A stretch of DNA of 64,000 nucleotides from an uncultured Spirochaetota bacterium (GTDB taxonomy: Bacteria > Spirochaetota > Spirochaetia > SZUA-6 > CAVTHK01), in assembly GCA_963734495.1 (NCBI GenBank), contig CAVTHK010000001.1, forward strand, positions 544,001 to 608,000, read 5' to 3'. A program made the position numbers and the translations under genes. This document shows positions 50,889 to 59,983 of the stretch, in pieces. Positions within the stretch are counted from its first letter, which is position 1. Every line of letters begins with the position of its first letter. The notes beneath the pieces are model-generated. The model was not told the origin of the DNA, made no database searches, and saw only the letters and a program-made list of their open reading frames with translations.

Positions 50889-51872
50889 TCAAGCGAGCCA
50901 CCAGCGGTTCTCGCGGGCCCACTCGATCGTGCGCTGCAGGCCCGCGGCCAGGGGTACTTTCGCCTTCCAGCCGAGGGTCTCCGCTGCCTTGCGGACGTCG
51001 GGCACGCGCCTGGGGATGTCCTCGTAGACCGCCCCGTATTCCCTGGTCGTGTCAAAGGGCACCATCTTCACGGCGGCTCCGGACACCTTGATCACCGTCT
51101 CGATCGCCTCGCGGACGCTCGTCTCCGTCGGGTTCCCGAGGTTGAATGCCTCGCCGACGGCGGCGGGGTTTCCGGAGGCTTCGAGGATGCCGTCCACGAT
51201 GTCGGCCACGTAGGTAAAGCAGCGGGTCTGGGTGCCGTCGTCATAGCACAGGGGCGGCTCGCCCCGCAGCACCTTGTAGACGCTCTGCGAGATGACGAAG
51301 TAGGGGTTCTGCCGCGGCCCGTAGACATTGAAGAAGCGCACGATCGAGAACGGCAGCCCGCTCTGGCGATGGATGCCGTAGATCATGTGCTCGCACACAG
51401 CCTTGCTCGAGCTGTAGCTCCAGCGGTCCACATACGTGGGACCGAGCACCCTGTCGCCGTCCTCGCGCCAGGGCGTTGCGGGGTTCTTCCCGTAGACCTC
51501 GCTCGTGCTGGTAAAGATGAACTTCGTGCCGTGCCGGCTCGCGAGCTCCAGGAGCGTCCGCGTGCCCCCGACCACGATGTCGATCAGCTTGAGCGGGTCC
51601 GCGAGGTAGTGCTTGATCCCCACGACCGAGGCCAGGTGATACAGGACCGCGGCCTCGGGGCGATAGAAGCGCTCGACCGCGGCCCTGTCCCTGAGATCGC
51701 CGACAAAGTACTTCAGGTTGGGATGGCTGCGGACCGCGGCCAGGTTGCGGGACTCCTCGAGGGGAGCGATGTCAAAGACGTGGACCTCGTCCCCGCGGTC
51801 GAGCAGCGCTTCGACAATGTGGCTGCCGACGAACCCGGAGCCTCCCGTGACCATGACAACGTTGCCGCTCAC
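50889..51872 (-). CDS. NAD-dependent nucleotide-sugar epimerase/dehydratase (UDP-GlcA decarboxylase-like)
   Basis: TGGSGFVG, TSTSEVYGK, RWSYSSSK, RFFNVYGPR, QTRCF, YEDIPRRVP. Confidence 0.8.
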   Translation of the reverse strand: MSGNVVMVTGGSGFVGSHIVEALLDRGDEVHVFDIAPLEESRNLAAVRSHPNLKYFVGDLRDRAAVERFYRPEAAVLYHLASVVGIKHYLADPLKLIDIVVGGTRTLLELASRHGTKFIFTSTSEVYGKNPATPWREDGDRVLGPTYVDRWSYSSSKAVCEHMIYGIHRQSGLPFSIVRFFNVYGPRQNPYFVISQSVYKVLRGEPPLCYDDGTQTRCFTYVADIVDGILEASGNPAAVGEAFNLGNPTETSVREAIETVIKVSGAAVKMVPFDTTREYGAVYEDIPRRVPDVRKAAETLGWKAKVPLAAGLQRTIEWARENRWWLA

Positions 51873-53175
51873 CTTCCCACCCCTTTGTAGCGCAGTCCAG
51901 CGCATCTCATCCGCTCGAGCTTGTCTCTGCAGATCATCCGGCCGTCAAAGATCAGCGCGCGGGGCCCGGCGAGGCGCGCGAGCTCCTCGATCGGAATCTC
52001 GGGGAACTCGCTGGGCCCGTAGTGGAACATGGAGACGAAGTGGGCACGCCGGAGGGTGTACGCCCTCCGAGGTCGCGCGAAAGGCGCGGCCCGCCACGGC
52101 GTAGGCGACTTCGTCGCTGACCCCGGGTCGTAGCATGCGGAGCGTCTCCGCGGAGCGCAGCGCGTCGATGACGCCCTTGGTGGGCGTGTAGCGGCAGTCG
52201 CCGGTGTTGTTGAACGCGATCCCGAGCACGGCCACGACGCGCGGCCGGGAACGCCGTCGTGGATGAGGCCGTCGATCAGGCCCGCCGAGTAGCCGGGCAT
52301 GCTGTCGTTGACGTTGCGCGAGGTCGCCGGGGTCTTCAACTCGATGCCGAGCTGGGCGCCCATGCCGTGCACGAACCAGGGGTCTTTGGTCAGGCAGTAG
52401 CCGCCGACGCCGACCGAAGGCGTGAGGATGTTGACGTGGTGGCGGCCCTTGGGAAGCGTGTTGGCGGCGTCGATCATCTCCAGGACGTCGATGTCGAGCC
52501 GGTCGCTGAGCTTGGCCAGCTCGTTGGCGAGGGCGATGTTCAGGTCGATCCAGAGGTTGTCCGCGAGCTTGACCATCTCGGCCGTCCTCGCGTCGGCCAC
52601 GCGGATCACCGGGACGCCGAGGCTTCGCTCCCAGAATTCGGCCGCCGCCCGCGTGCTCTCCGCATCGACGCCGCCGACCACGACCGGGATGTTGCGGAAC
52701 TCCTGGATCGCGCGGCCCTCGGCCAGCCGCTCCGGGCAGAAAGCCAGCCTGACCCGCGCACGCGCCTCGAGGATGGGGCGCACGACGTCGGCCGTGGTCC
52801 CGGGGGTACGGTGCTCTTGAGCATGACGAGGCGGCCGTCGCGCAGGTGCGGCGCCAGCTGCCGCGAGGCTTCCGTGATCTGGCTCAGGTCCGCGGCCCCG
52901 TGCTCGCCGAGCGGCGTGCCCACGGTGATGAGGACCACCTCGGCATCGGCCGCGGCCGACGCCGAATCCGTCACGCTGAGCCTGCCCGCGCGCACGGTCT
53001 CCGCGATCAGCGCATCCAGCCCCGGCTCGTTGAAGGGGCTGCGGCCCGCCGCGACCGCCTCGCGGATGGCCCCGGCGCGCTCCACGCCCGTGACGGAGTA
53101 GCCCCGCTCGGCAAGGACCGCGCCGATGACGGCGCCGATATAGCCGAACCCTATGACACAGACTCTCTCTTTCAT
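51869..53175 (-). CDS. UDP-sugar (GlcNAc/ManNAc/Glc-type) 6-dehydrogenase, several indels
   Basis: GFGYIG, VGTP, KSTVPP, CPERLAEG, EMVKL, GVGGYCLTKDP, IFDGR, YKGVGR spread over three frames. Confidence 0.75.
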
Positions 53176-53576
53176 GCGAGCGCCGCCCTCTTGAACTCCT
53201 GGTAGTCGCGAATGTACTCCCCGGCGTCGTAGAGGCTGTCGCTCAGCACCAGAAGGACGCAGTCGGGCGAGAAGTCGTACATCTCTTTCCATGTCATGCG
53301 GTCGGCGAACAGCGCCTGAGAGGGCTCGGTCAGCTCGTACTCCGCAACGTGCCGGCCGTCGTCGACCCTGATGCGGCACCTGCCCGCCACGGCTACGAAC
53401 ACCATCTTCGAGACCCTGTTGGCGTGCTGGCCCCGCACCGAGCCCGACCCCATGCCGTACATGTAGAACACCCGCCTGATCTCGAAGGGGATGTCCTTGG
53501 ACCCCTCGGCAACGACCAGGGACCCGCGCGCGTCCGGCGTGCAGCGCAGGCGGATGAGATGCGAATTCGTGTCCAC
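53172..53576 (-). CDS. FdtA/QdtA family cupin (dTDP-4-keto-6-deoxyglucose 3,4-ketoisomerase)
   Basis: DARGSL, IPFEIRRVFY, RGQHAN, WKEMYDFSPDCVLLVL, EYIRDY. Confidence 0.85.
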   Translation of the reverse strand: MDTNSHLIRLRCTPDARGSLVVAEGSKDIPFEIRRVFYMYGMGSGSVRGQHANRVSKMVFVAVAGRCRIRVDDGRHVAEYELTEPSQALFADRMTWKEMYDFSPDCVLLVLSDSLYDAGEYIRDYQEFKRAALA

Positions 53577-53586
53577 GCGAAGCCTC

Positions 53587-55317
53587 CTACCCGGACGGGA
53601 CCCTGCGCGACGGCTCGAGTATCTGGAACATGGCATTCTCCCAGACGACCCGGTAGCCGAACTGGTCGAGAAACCGCCGCATGCGCTCCCGGTTGAGGAC
53701 GGAGACGTCCCCGCGGTTGAGCGAGGTGTTCCTAGGCCAGGATCGATTGCGGGTGTCCGTCCTGGCAGCGACGACGACGGGAAGGTCCGGGCGCGCCTTG
53801 AGCGCCCATTTCAGGCTCTGTTCCAGCTCGTTGCCGACGTACAGGTTCGGCCACGAGTTGCCCAGGTAAGGGCGCGTCCTGGTCGCGAAGTTGATCATCG
53901 GCGTGGACTCCAGGGCGAGAAGGACGTCGCCCGGGCGGACGCGCCTGGACAGCTCGTCGAGCACATCGCCCACGACCTGCGCGCGCTCGGGCGTCGTGTA
54001 GACGCCGTGCAGCATGGGGTCCCGGACCGTGGCGGTCATCGCGAGCCGGTCAGCGCTGTCGCGGTAGGTGTAGTGCAGCCAGAGGTAGGCCGAGCCGAGC
54101 GCCGTGAACGCGACGAAGAACGCGAGGCCAAAGGAAGCCACGCGCGGAAGCGCGAGCATCCGGGGAGCAGCAGGCGGGTCGGCCTGCACCGCGATGCCGA
54201 CGGCCAGCACGAGCGGGAACGCGAGGGCGTAGCCGAAGAGGCTCACCAGCGCGCCGGTGTCCGAACCGACCGAGAGGGCGGCCAGCACGATGATGGCGGC
54301 GAAACACGCGACCTTCAAGTCCCGGTGGGCTTCGCCGCGGACCAGGAGGGCCAGGGCAAGCGGCATGTAGGCGAACCCCAGGGCTGCCCGCATCACCGTG
54401 CGGTCGCCGTCGAGCCGGGTGACGAGCAGAAAAGCGAAAGCGGCGATGGCCGCGAACAGGATGAGGCCGAGCCGCCGCGCGCGCTCCGGCAAGAGACCGC
54501 CCGCGGCCAGCAACACCCCGGAGGCCAGGCCGTAGACCGCGGCCTCGCCGTTCTGGCGCACGAAGCGGCGGACGATCGTCTTGAGGTCGTAGCCCGAGAG
54601 CTGGTTCCCGGTGCTCTGGAAAAGCCCCGCGACCGAATCCGCGTACAGGGACAGATGGCCGACGGCCGCCATGGCGAGGAGCACGACCGCGAGGCCGAGA
54701 GCATACCCGCCTGCGAACCAGAGCAGGCGGGCGGGCAGGCCGGGCCGCCGGTCGACAAAGGCGTGATAACCGATGACCAGGGCCAGCGCGATGCCCGCGG
54801 CATTGGGCAGCCGCACGAAGACATTGGCGGCTTCGATCGCGCCCGCGACTGCCAGAAGCCACGGCCTGTCGCGCCGCAGCCCTTCGAGGAGGCACAACAC
54901 CGCGGCGAAATGGAACAGGGCGGTCAGGTTGTTGTAGTGAACCACCGGCACCCGCGGGAACTGGAAGCCGTAGGCCAGGATCAGCCCCACGAGCACCAGC
55001 CGGACGGGGACTACGGGTTTGAGAGCCCGCCACACGAGAAGGCAGGAAGCCCAGAAGACGACGGCTGCCGCCAGCTTGAGGCCGAGAAGACCCAGAAAGG
55101 GGACCGCGCGGTAGACGAGGCCGCCGATCACGTTCGACAGCCACATGTGGAACCAGTACCGGATGCTCCCGGGGTCGACAAAGATGAGCTGGTAGCTGTT
55201 GGCGACCCAGCCGGTGTCCGTGAAGTCGAGCCCCTGAAAGGCGGACAGGAACGGAATCGCAAAGAGAAGGGCGAGCAGGCCGGCGTCGGCCCACCGTCGC
55301 GGCGCCGTCGCGTTCAC
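53587..55317 (-). CDS. Multi-TM membrane protein, probable GT-C glycosyltransferase
   Basis: First loop QGLDFTDTG (acidic GT-C-like), more than 10 TMs, soluble C-terminal domain, glycosylation-cluster context. Confidence 0.6.
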   Translation of the reverse strand: MNATAPRRWADAGLLALLFAIPFLSAFQGLDFTDTGWVANSYQLIFVDPGSIRYWFHMWLSNVIGGLVYRAVPFLGLLGLKLAAAVVFWASCLLVWRALKPVVPVRLVLVGLILAYGFQFPRVPVVHYNNLTALFHFAAVLCLLEGLRRDRPWLLAVAGAIEAANVFVRLPNAAGIALALVIGYHAFVDRRPGLPARLLWFAGGYALGLAVVLLAMAAVGHLSLYADSVAGLFQSTGNQLSGYDLKTIVRRFVRQNGEAAVYGLASGVLLAAGGLLPERARRLGLILFAAIAAFAFLLVTRLDGDRTVMRAALGFAYMPLALALLVRGEAHRDLKVACFAAIIVLAALSVGSDTGALVSLFGYALAFPLVLAVGIAVQADPPAAPRMLALPRVASFGLAFFVAFTALGSAYLWLHYTYRDSADRLAMTATVRDPMLHGVYTTPERAQVVGDVLDELSRRVRPGDVLLALESTPMINFATRTRPYLGNSWPNLYVGNELEQSLKWALKARPDLPVVVAARTDTRNRSWPRNTSLNRGDVSVLNRERMRRFLDQFGYRVVWENAMFQILEPSRRVPSG

Positions 55318-56186
55318 TGCCGCGTCTCCGGCACGAACGAGAGGTAGCTCCTGTAGTCGTTGGCGGGCATCGCCGCGATCAGCTTTCGGAAGCCCGCTTC
55401 GTCGATGTAGCCCATGTGGAGCGCGACTTCCTCCACGCACCCGATCTTGAGCCCCTGCCGCTTCTCGATGGTCTGCACGAAGCTCGAGGCTTCGACCAGC
55501 GCATCGTGCGTGCCCGTGTCGAGCCAGGCGGTCCCGCGGCCGAGGTTTTCGACCTTGAGCTCTCCGAGGGCGAGGTAGTGGCGGAGCACGTCGATGATCT
55601 CGTACTCGCCGCGGGCCGACGGCGTGAGGCTCCTGGCCACCTGCGCGACGGTGCCGTCGCAGAAGTAGAGCCCGGGGACCGCGTAGTGCGAGCGGGGCCG
55701 CGCCGGCTTTTCCTCGAGGGAAAGGACCTGTCCGCCGCCGCCGAACTCCACCACCCCGTAGCGCTGCGGATCGGCCACCCAGTAGCCGTAGACCAGGGCC
55801 CCTCGCTCCAGGCGCGCCCCCGCCTGCAGGATCTCCGAAAAGCTGTAGCCGAAGAAGATGTTGTCGCCGAGAACGAGACAGACCGGGTCGCCGTCGATAA
55901 AGTCCTCGCCGACGACGAACGCCTCAGGCAGACCGCGGGGCTCCGCCTGCACGCGATAGCTCAGCCCTATCCCGAGGTCCTCGCCCGTGCCGAGGAGAGC
56001 CTCGATCCGCGGGAGGTTGACGGGGTCGGAGATCACCAGGATCTCCCGGATGCCGGCGAGCATGAGCGTGGACAGCGGGTAGTAGATCATGGGCTTGTCG
56101 TACACCGGGAGAAGCTGCTTGGAGACGGCCCTGGTGCTGGGGAACAGCCTCGTTCCGCGGCCTCCGGCAAGGAGAATGCCCCTCAT
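55314..56186 (-). CDS. rfbA: Glucose-1-phosphate thymidylyltransferase
   Basis: GILLAGGRGTRL, SKQLLPVYDKPMIYYPL, LGDNIF, YGVVEF, SARGE, AWLDTGT. Confidence 0.95.
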   Translation of the reverse strand: MRGILLAGGRGTRLFPSTRAVSKQLLPVYDKPMIYYPLSTLMLAGIREILVISDPVNLPRIEALLGTGEDLGIGLSYRVQAEPRGLPEAFVVGEDFIDGDPVCLVLGDNIFFGYSFSEILQAGARLERGALVYGYWVADPQRYGVVEFGGGGQVLSLEEKPARPRSHYAVPGLYFCDGTVAQVARSLTPSARGEYEIIDVLRHYLALGELKVENLGRGTAWLDTGTHDALVEASSFVQTIEKRQGLKIGCVEEVALHMGYIDEAGFRKLIAAMPANDYRSYLSFVPETRQ

Positions 56187-56285
56187 TTCACGGTCCTCGG
56201 GCACCTTATAGCACGTCTGGGGCGGGGTCGGGAACCGGACCCGCGCGACTCCGATGCAGCGGCCGCGCCGGCTCGACGCCCGTCG

Positions 56286-57239
56286 TCAGCGCGGTCTCTC
56301 GCGCCCGGCGGCTTCCTGCCGCTGCCGGTACTGGACCTCCTCGAGAAGCATCCGGTTGACGGCGAGCAGGTCCGAAAGGAATGCGACGAGGATCGTCTGG
56401 AAGCCCATGCCCAGCAGGATCGCCGAGAGGATCAGCGACTGGACGTGGCCCGTCCCCTGTCCGCCGATCAGGTAGAGCAGGAAGCGCGCGCCCAGGGCGA
56501 AACCCAGCAGGAACAGCACGGTCCCGATCGAAGCGAAGAAGGCGAAGGGCCGGTAGACGACGAAGATCCGGACCATCGTCATGATCGAGCGCTTGATGTA
56601 GGCGGGGATGCTCTTTACCAGGCGCGACGGCCTCAGGTCCTCGTTGACCCTCACGGGCACCGACGTGATGGCCATGCCCTTGCGCCCCGCCTGGATGATG
56701 GTCTCGAGGGTGTATGTGTAGTCGTTGTACACGTTGAGCCGCAGCGCGGCGTCCCGGCTCAAGGCGCGGAAGCCGCTGGGCGCGTCCGGAATTTCCGTCT
56801 TGCTCAACGCCCTCACGACGCGGCTGCCGAGGCGCTGCAGAGCCTTCTTGACGGGCGAGAAATGCGGTATGCCCTCGATCGGGCGCGCGCCCACCACGAT
56901 CTCCGCCCGGCCGGCGAGGATCGGCTCGACCAGCCTGGGAATGTCGCGGGCATCGTACTGGTTGTCGGCGTCGGTGTTCACGATCACGTCCGCCCCCAGG
57001 CGCACCGCGGCATCCAGACCCGCCATGAACACCCGGGCCAGGCCGCGATTGCGGGGGAACCTCACGAAGTGGTCGACCCCGTGCTTGCGCGCGACTTCGA
57101 CGGTCGAGTCCGTGCTCCCGTCGTCGATGACGAGCCATTCGACCGAGTCAAAGCCCGCGACGGTGCGCGGGAGAGCCGCAAGGGTCACGGGCAGAGTGGC
57201 GGCCTCGTTGAAGCACGGAATCTGGATAATGAGCTTCAC
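56286..57239 (-). CDS. GT2 polyprenol-phosphate glycosyltransferase (DPM synthase-like)
   Basis: IPCFNE, DDGSTD, NTDADNQY, DAPSGFRA, two C-terminal TMs. Confidence 0.9.
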   Translation of the reverse strand: MKLIIQIPCFNEAATLPVTLAALPRTVAGFDSVEWLVIDDGSTDSTVEVARKHGVDHFVRFPRNRGLARVFMAGLDAAVRLGADVIVNTDADNQYDARDIPRLVEPILAGRAEIVVGARPIEGIPHFSPVKKALQRLGSRVVRALSKTEIPDAPSGFRALSRDAALRLNVYNDYTYTLETIIQAGRKGMAITSVPVRVNEDLRPSRLVKSIPAYIKRSIMTMVRIFVVYRPFAFFASIGTVLFLLGFALGARFLLYLIGGQGTGHVQSLILSAILLGMGFQTILVAFLSDLLAVNRMLLEEVQYRQRQEAAGRERPR

Positions 57240-57243
57240 CGCG

Positions 57244-58806
57244 TCAGTCCTCCTGCGACCGCGAGTCTTCGCGAATCAGGGGCGGGGCAGCCGCAACGAC
57301 GGTAAGAGCCGCCCGGAGCGGGTTGCGACGAACAGCCACGACCGGCGAGCCCGGGTCGCGCAGATAGGCCGCGGAAACGGGAGCGCGGGCGAGCGCCACG
57401 ACGGGCCGCCCGGCCAGGCTGGCCTCGACCAGGCGCGGGAGGCCGGAGGCCTCGAGCACCGAATCGCTCACGAAGAACTGCGCGCACGTCTCGAGCGGGT
57501 TGCGGCCGGACAGGTCGTCGGTTGCGACCACCGGCACGCCCCGGTCGAATGCGTCGGACACCGTGCGCCGGTAGTCTTCCACCAGGGCGAGAGGGTGCTC
57601 GGAGGGACGCAGCGGGTTGTTGGCGTAGATCCTCACGCTTCGGGGGAGCCCCGGAATCGAAAAGGCACCGGCGGCAGCCAGGAGCACCGCCGCCATGAGG
57701 GATGCGCAGGATCGCGCGCGCAGCGGTCCCGCTGCAGGACGGACGCGCCGCCATACGTCGACGAGGAGCGGGGCATCCAGGAGCAGGACCGGCCCCAGCA
57801 TTCCCAGGAGGTATCTGTGGATGAAGGGCTCCACCGGGATGACGGGGTGGATGCTCTTGACGACGAAGGTCTCACCGAGAAGGAAGCTCGCGGCGAGGGC
57901 GAGCAGCGCGGCGGTGGCGGCGTCAGGCTTGCGGCGCACGGCGTAGCGCACGGCCGCGGCGGCCGCGAGAAGAAGGACCGCCATCCAGTACCAGGGCAGC
58001 TTCCCGGGGCTGAAGCGCCCGAACAGGCCCCAGAAGTCCATCGGCGCGATGTAGTCGCCGGTGAAATGATTGTGGATGATGATGCCGATCTGGCCGAGCG
58101 GGTCGCCGGAGAGCCGGTACAGCAGCGCGTGCTCCACGGCATAGAGGACGAGAAGCGGCGCGCAGAACAGGAGGGCGTCGCGGCGCCCGCGGCCGCGGCC
58201 GCGGCGGAACGCCAGGATCGCCAGCAGGAAGCCCGGCGCGAAATAGATGTTCGTGATCTTGGCCTGGTAGGCGACGAACAGAAAGACGGACGAGACGAGA
58301 AGGTTGCGGGTGCGGTCCCGTTCGCCGTCGAGGTACGCGAGGAAGAAAGAGAAGCTCGCGAGCACGTACGTCAGCGAGAAGGAGTCCGGCCGCACCTGGC
58401 TCCCGCCCCGGATCATGTAGGGGAAGGTCACGAGCATGAGGGCCGCGACGAAGCCGGCGGCACGGCCGTGGAGGCGCAGGCCGACGCGGTAGATGAGGGC
58501 GACCTGGACCAGCGAAAGGACGAGCGGCACGACGTAGTAGACATCGGGGTGCGTCCCGAAGAGCGCCTGCGCCGCGAGCACCGGCAGGATCACGGCAAAG
58601 CGGATCGTGCGGTGCTGGATGTTGTCATAGGGGAGGCCCAGGAGCAACCGCCTCGCCGAGAACCAGTAGTCGCGCTCGTCGATGCCGGTGGCGATCATCA
58701 TGAGCGTGAGGAGTCGGAACGCCAGCGTGAAGAGCACGAGGCCGGCAACGATGCGCCGATCCTCGTCGCGCAGCAGCTCCGACGCCCTCTTCAGCAGGCT
58801 GCTCAC
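57244..58806 (-). CDS. GT-C (ArnT/PMT-like) membrane glycosyltransferase
   Basis: First loop GIDERDYW, RPDS after the mid TM, AYQAK, about 11 TMs. Confidence 0.65.
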   Translation of the reverse strand: MSSLLKRASELLRDEDRRIVAGLVLFTLAFRLLTLMMIATGIDERDYWFSARRLLLGLPYDNIQHRTIRFAVILPVLAAQALFGTHPDVYYVVPLVLSLVQVALIYRVGLRLHGRAAGFVAALMLVTFPYMIRGGSQVRPDSFSLTYVLASFSFFLAYLDGERDRTRNLLVSSVFLFVAYQAKITNIYFAPGFLLAILAFRRGRGRGRRDALLFCAPLLVLYAVEHALLYRLSGDPLGQIGIIIHNHFTGDYIAPMDFWGLFGRFSPGKLPWYWMAVLLLAAAAAVRYAVRRKPDAATAALLALAASFLLGETFVVKSIHPVIPVEPFIHRYLLGMLGPVLLLDAPLLVDVWRRVRPAAGPLRARSCASLMAAVLLAAAGAFSIPGLPRSVRIYANNPLRPSEHPLALVEDYRRTVSDAFDRGVPVVATDDLSGRNPLETCAQFFVSDSVLEASGLPRLVEASLAGRPVVALARAPVSAAYLRDPGSPVVAVRRNPLRAALTVVAAAPPLIREDSRSQED

Positions 58807-59855
58807 AGGCGTCGGTACTCCTTGTACCAGGCCACGAAGCGCCGGACTCCCTCGCGGATGTCGATCGAGGGCCGGTAGCCGGTGTCCCGCTCGAGGTCGC
58901 TCGTGTCGGCCCAGGTGGTCGTCACTTCGCCCGGCTGCATGGGCATCAGGCTCTTCGTCGCCTTTCTGCCCAGGTTCTCCTCCAGGATCCCGATGAAATC
59001 GAGCATCAGGACCGGGCTCCCGCGCCCGATGTTGTACACCCGGTAGGGGGACGGGGAACAGGAAGGGTCGGGATGCGCGCCGGACCAGCTCGGCTCCGGC
59101 CTCGCGGGACGGTCGATGACGCGAACGACGCCCTCGACGATGTCGTCGATGTAGGTGAAGTCGCGTCGCATCTCGCCGTTGTTGAACACCTTGATGGGCT
59201 TCCCCGACATGATGCCCTCGGCAAACAGGAAATAGGCCATGTCGGGCCGTCCCCACGGACCGTAGGCGGTGAAGAACCGCAGTCCCGTGGTCGGAAGCCC
59301 GAAGAGGTGGCTGTAGCTGTGCGCCATGAGCTCGTTGGCCTTCTTGGTCGCCGCGTACAGGCTGACGGGATGGTCCACGTTGTGCCGGACGGAAAACGGC
59401 ATCGACTCGTTCAGTCCGTAGACGCTGGAGCTGCTGGCGTAGGTCAGCCCCTTGACCTCCGTCCTGCGGCAGCCCTCGATCACGTTCCCGAAACCCACGA
59501 GGTTGGCGTCGACGTAGGCCGAAGGATTCTCCAGGCTGTGGCGGACCCCGGCCTGCGCCGCGAGGTGGCAGACCGCGTCAAAGCGCTCGGCGGCGAACAG
59601 CCGCGCCATCGCCTCGCGGTCGGCGACGTCCATGAGCAGGAACCGGTGGGCGGGGTAGCGGGAGCTCGCCGCGGCGCGGCCGCCCTGCAGGCCGGCCGCA
59701 TCGATGCCCGCCTCCGCGAGGCGGCCGTGCTTGAGCCGGACGTCGTAGTAGTCGTTGAGGTTGTCGAGCCCGACCACTTCGTCGCCCCGCTCCAGCAGGC
59801 GGCGGGTCACGAACGAGCCGATAAAGCCCGCCGCGCCCGTCACGAGAACCTTCAT
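58803..59855 (-). CDS. UDP-glucuronate 4-epimerase (Uge/CapI family)
   Basis: TGAAGFIG, DNLNDYYDV.LK, HLAAQAGVR, ASSSSVYG, SLYAATKK, YGPWGRPDMA, RDFTYIDD. Confidence 0.9.
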   Translation of the reverse strand: MKVLVTGAAGFIGSFVTRRLLERGDEVVGLDNLNDYYDVRLKHGRLAEAGIDAAGLQGGRAAASSRYPAHRFLLMDVADREAMARLFAAERFDAVCHLAAQAGVRHSLENPSAYVDANLVGFGNVIEGCRRTEVKGLTYASSSSVYGLNESMPFSVRHNVDHPVSLYAATKKANELMAHSYSHLFGLPTTGLRFFTAYGPWGRPDMAYFLFAEGIMSGKPIKVFNNGEMRRDFTYIDDIVEGVVRVIDRPARPEPSWSGAHPDPSCSPSPYRVYNIGRGSPVLMLDFIGILEENLGRKATKSLMPMQPGEVTTTWADTSDLERDTGYRPSIDIREGVRRFVAWYKEYRRL

Positions 59856-59983
59856 CTGAACAGTCCTTTCCGTGCGCCGCTCGACACCGCAAAAACGAGG
59901 TTTGCCGCGGCGCCGCTTTATGATACTGTGAAGCGATTCATGCAGATCGCGTCCGCAAAACCCAGTCCCGGCAGGTCCCCATC

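Noticed and set aside
51869-53175. Nucleotide-sugar dehydrogenase as a true pseudogene
   Set aside because: Catalytic motifs are intact and the gene is coupled to both neighbours; local indels fit poor consensus quality, though this cannot be settled without reads
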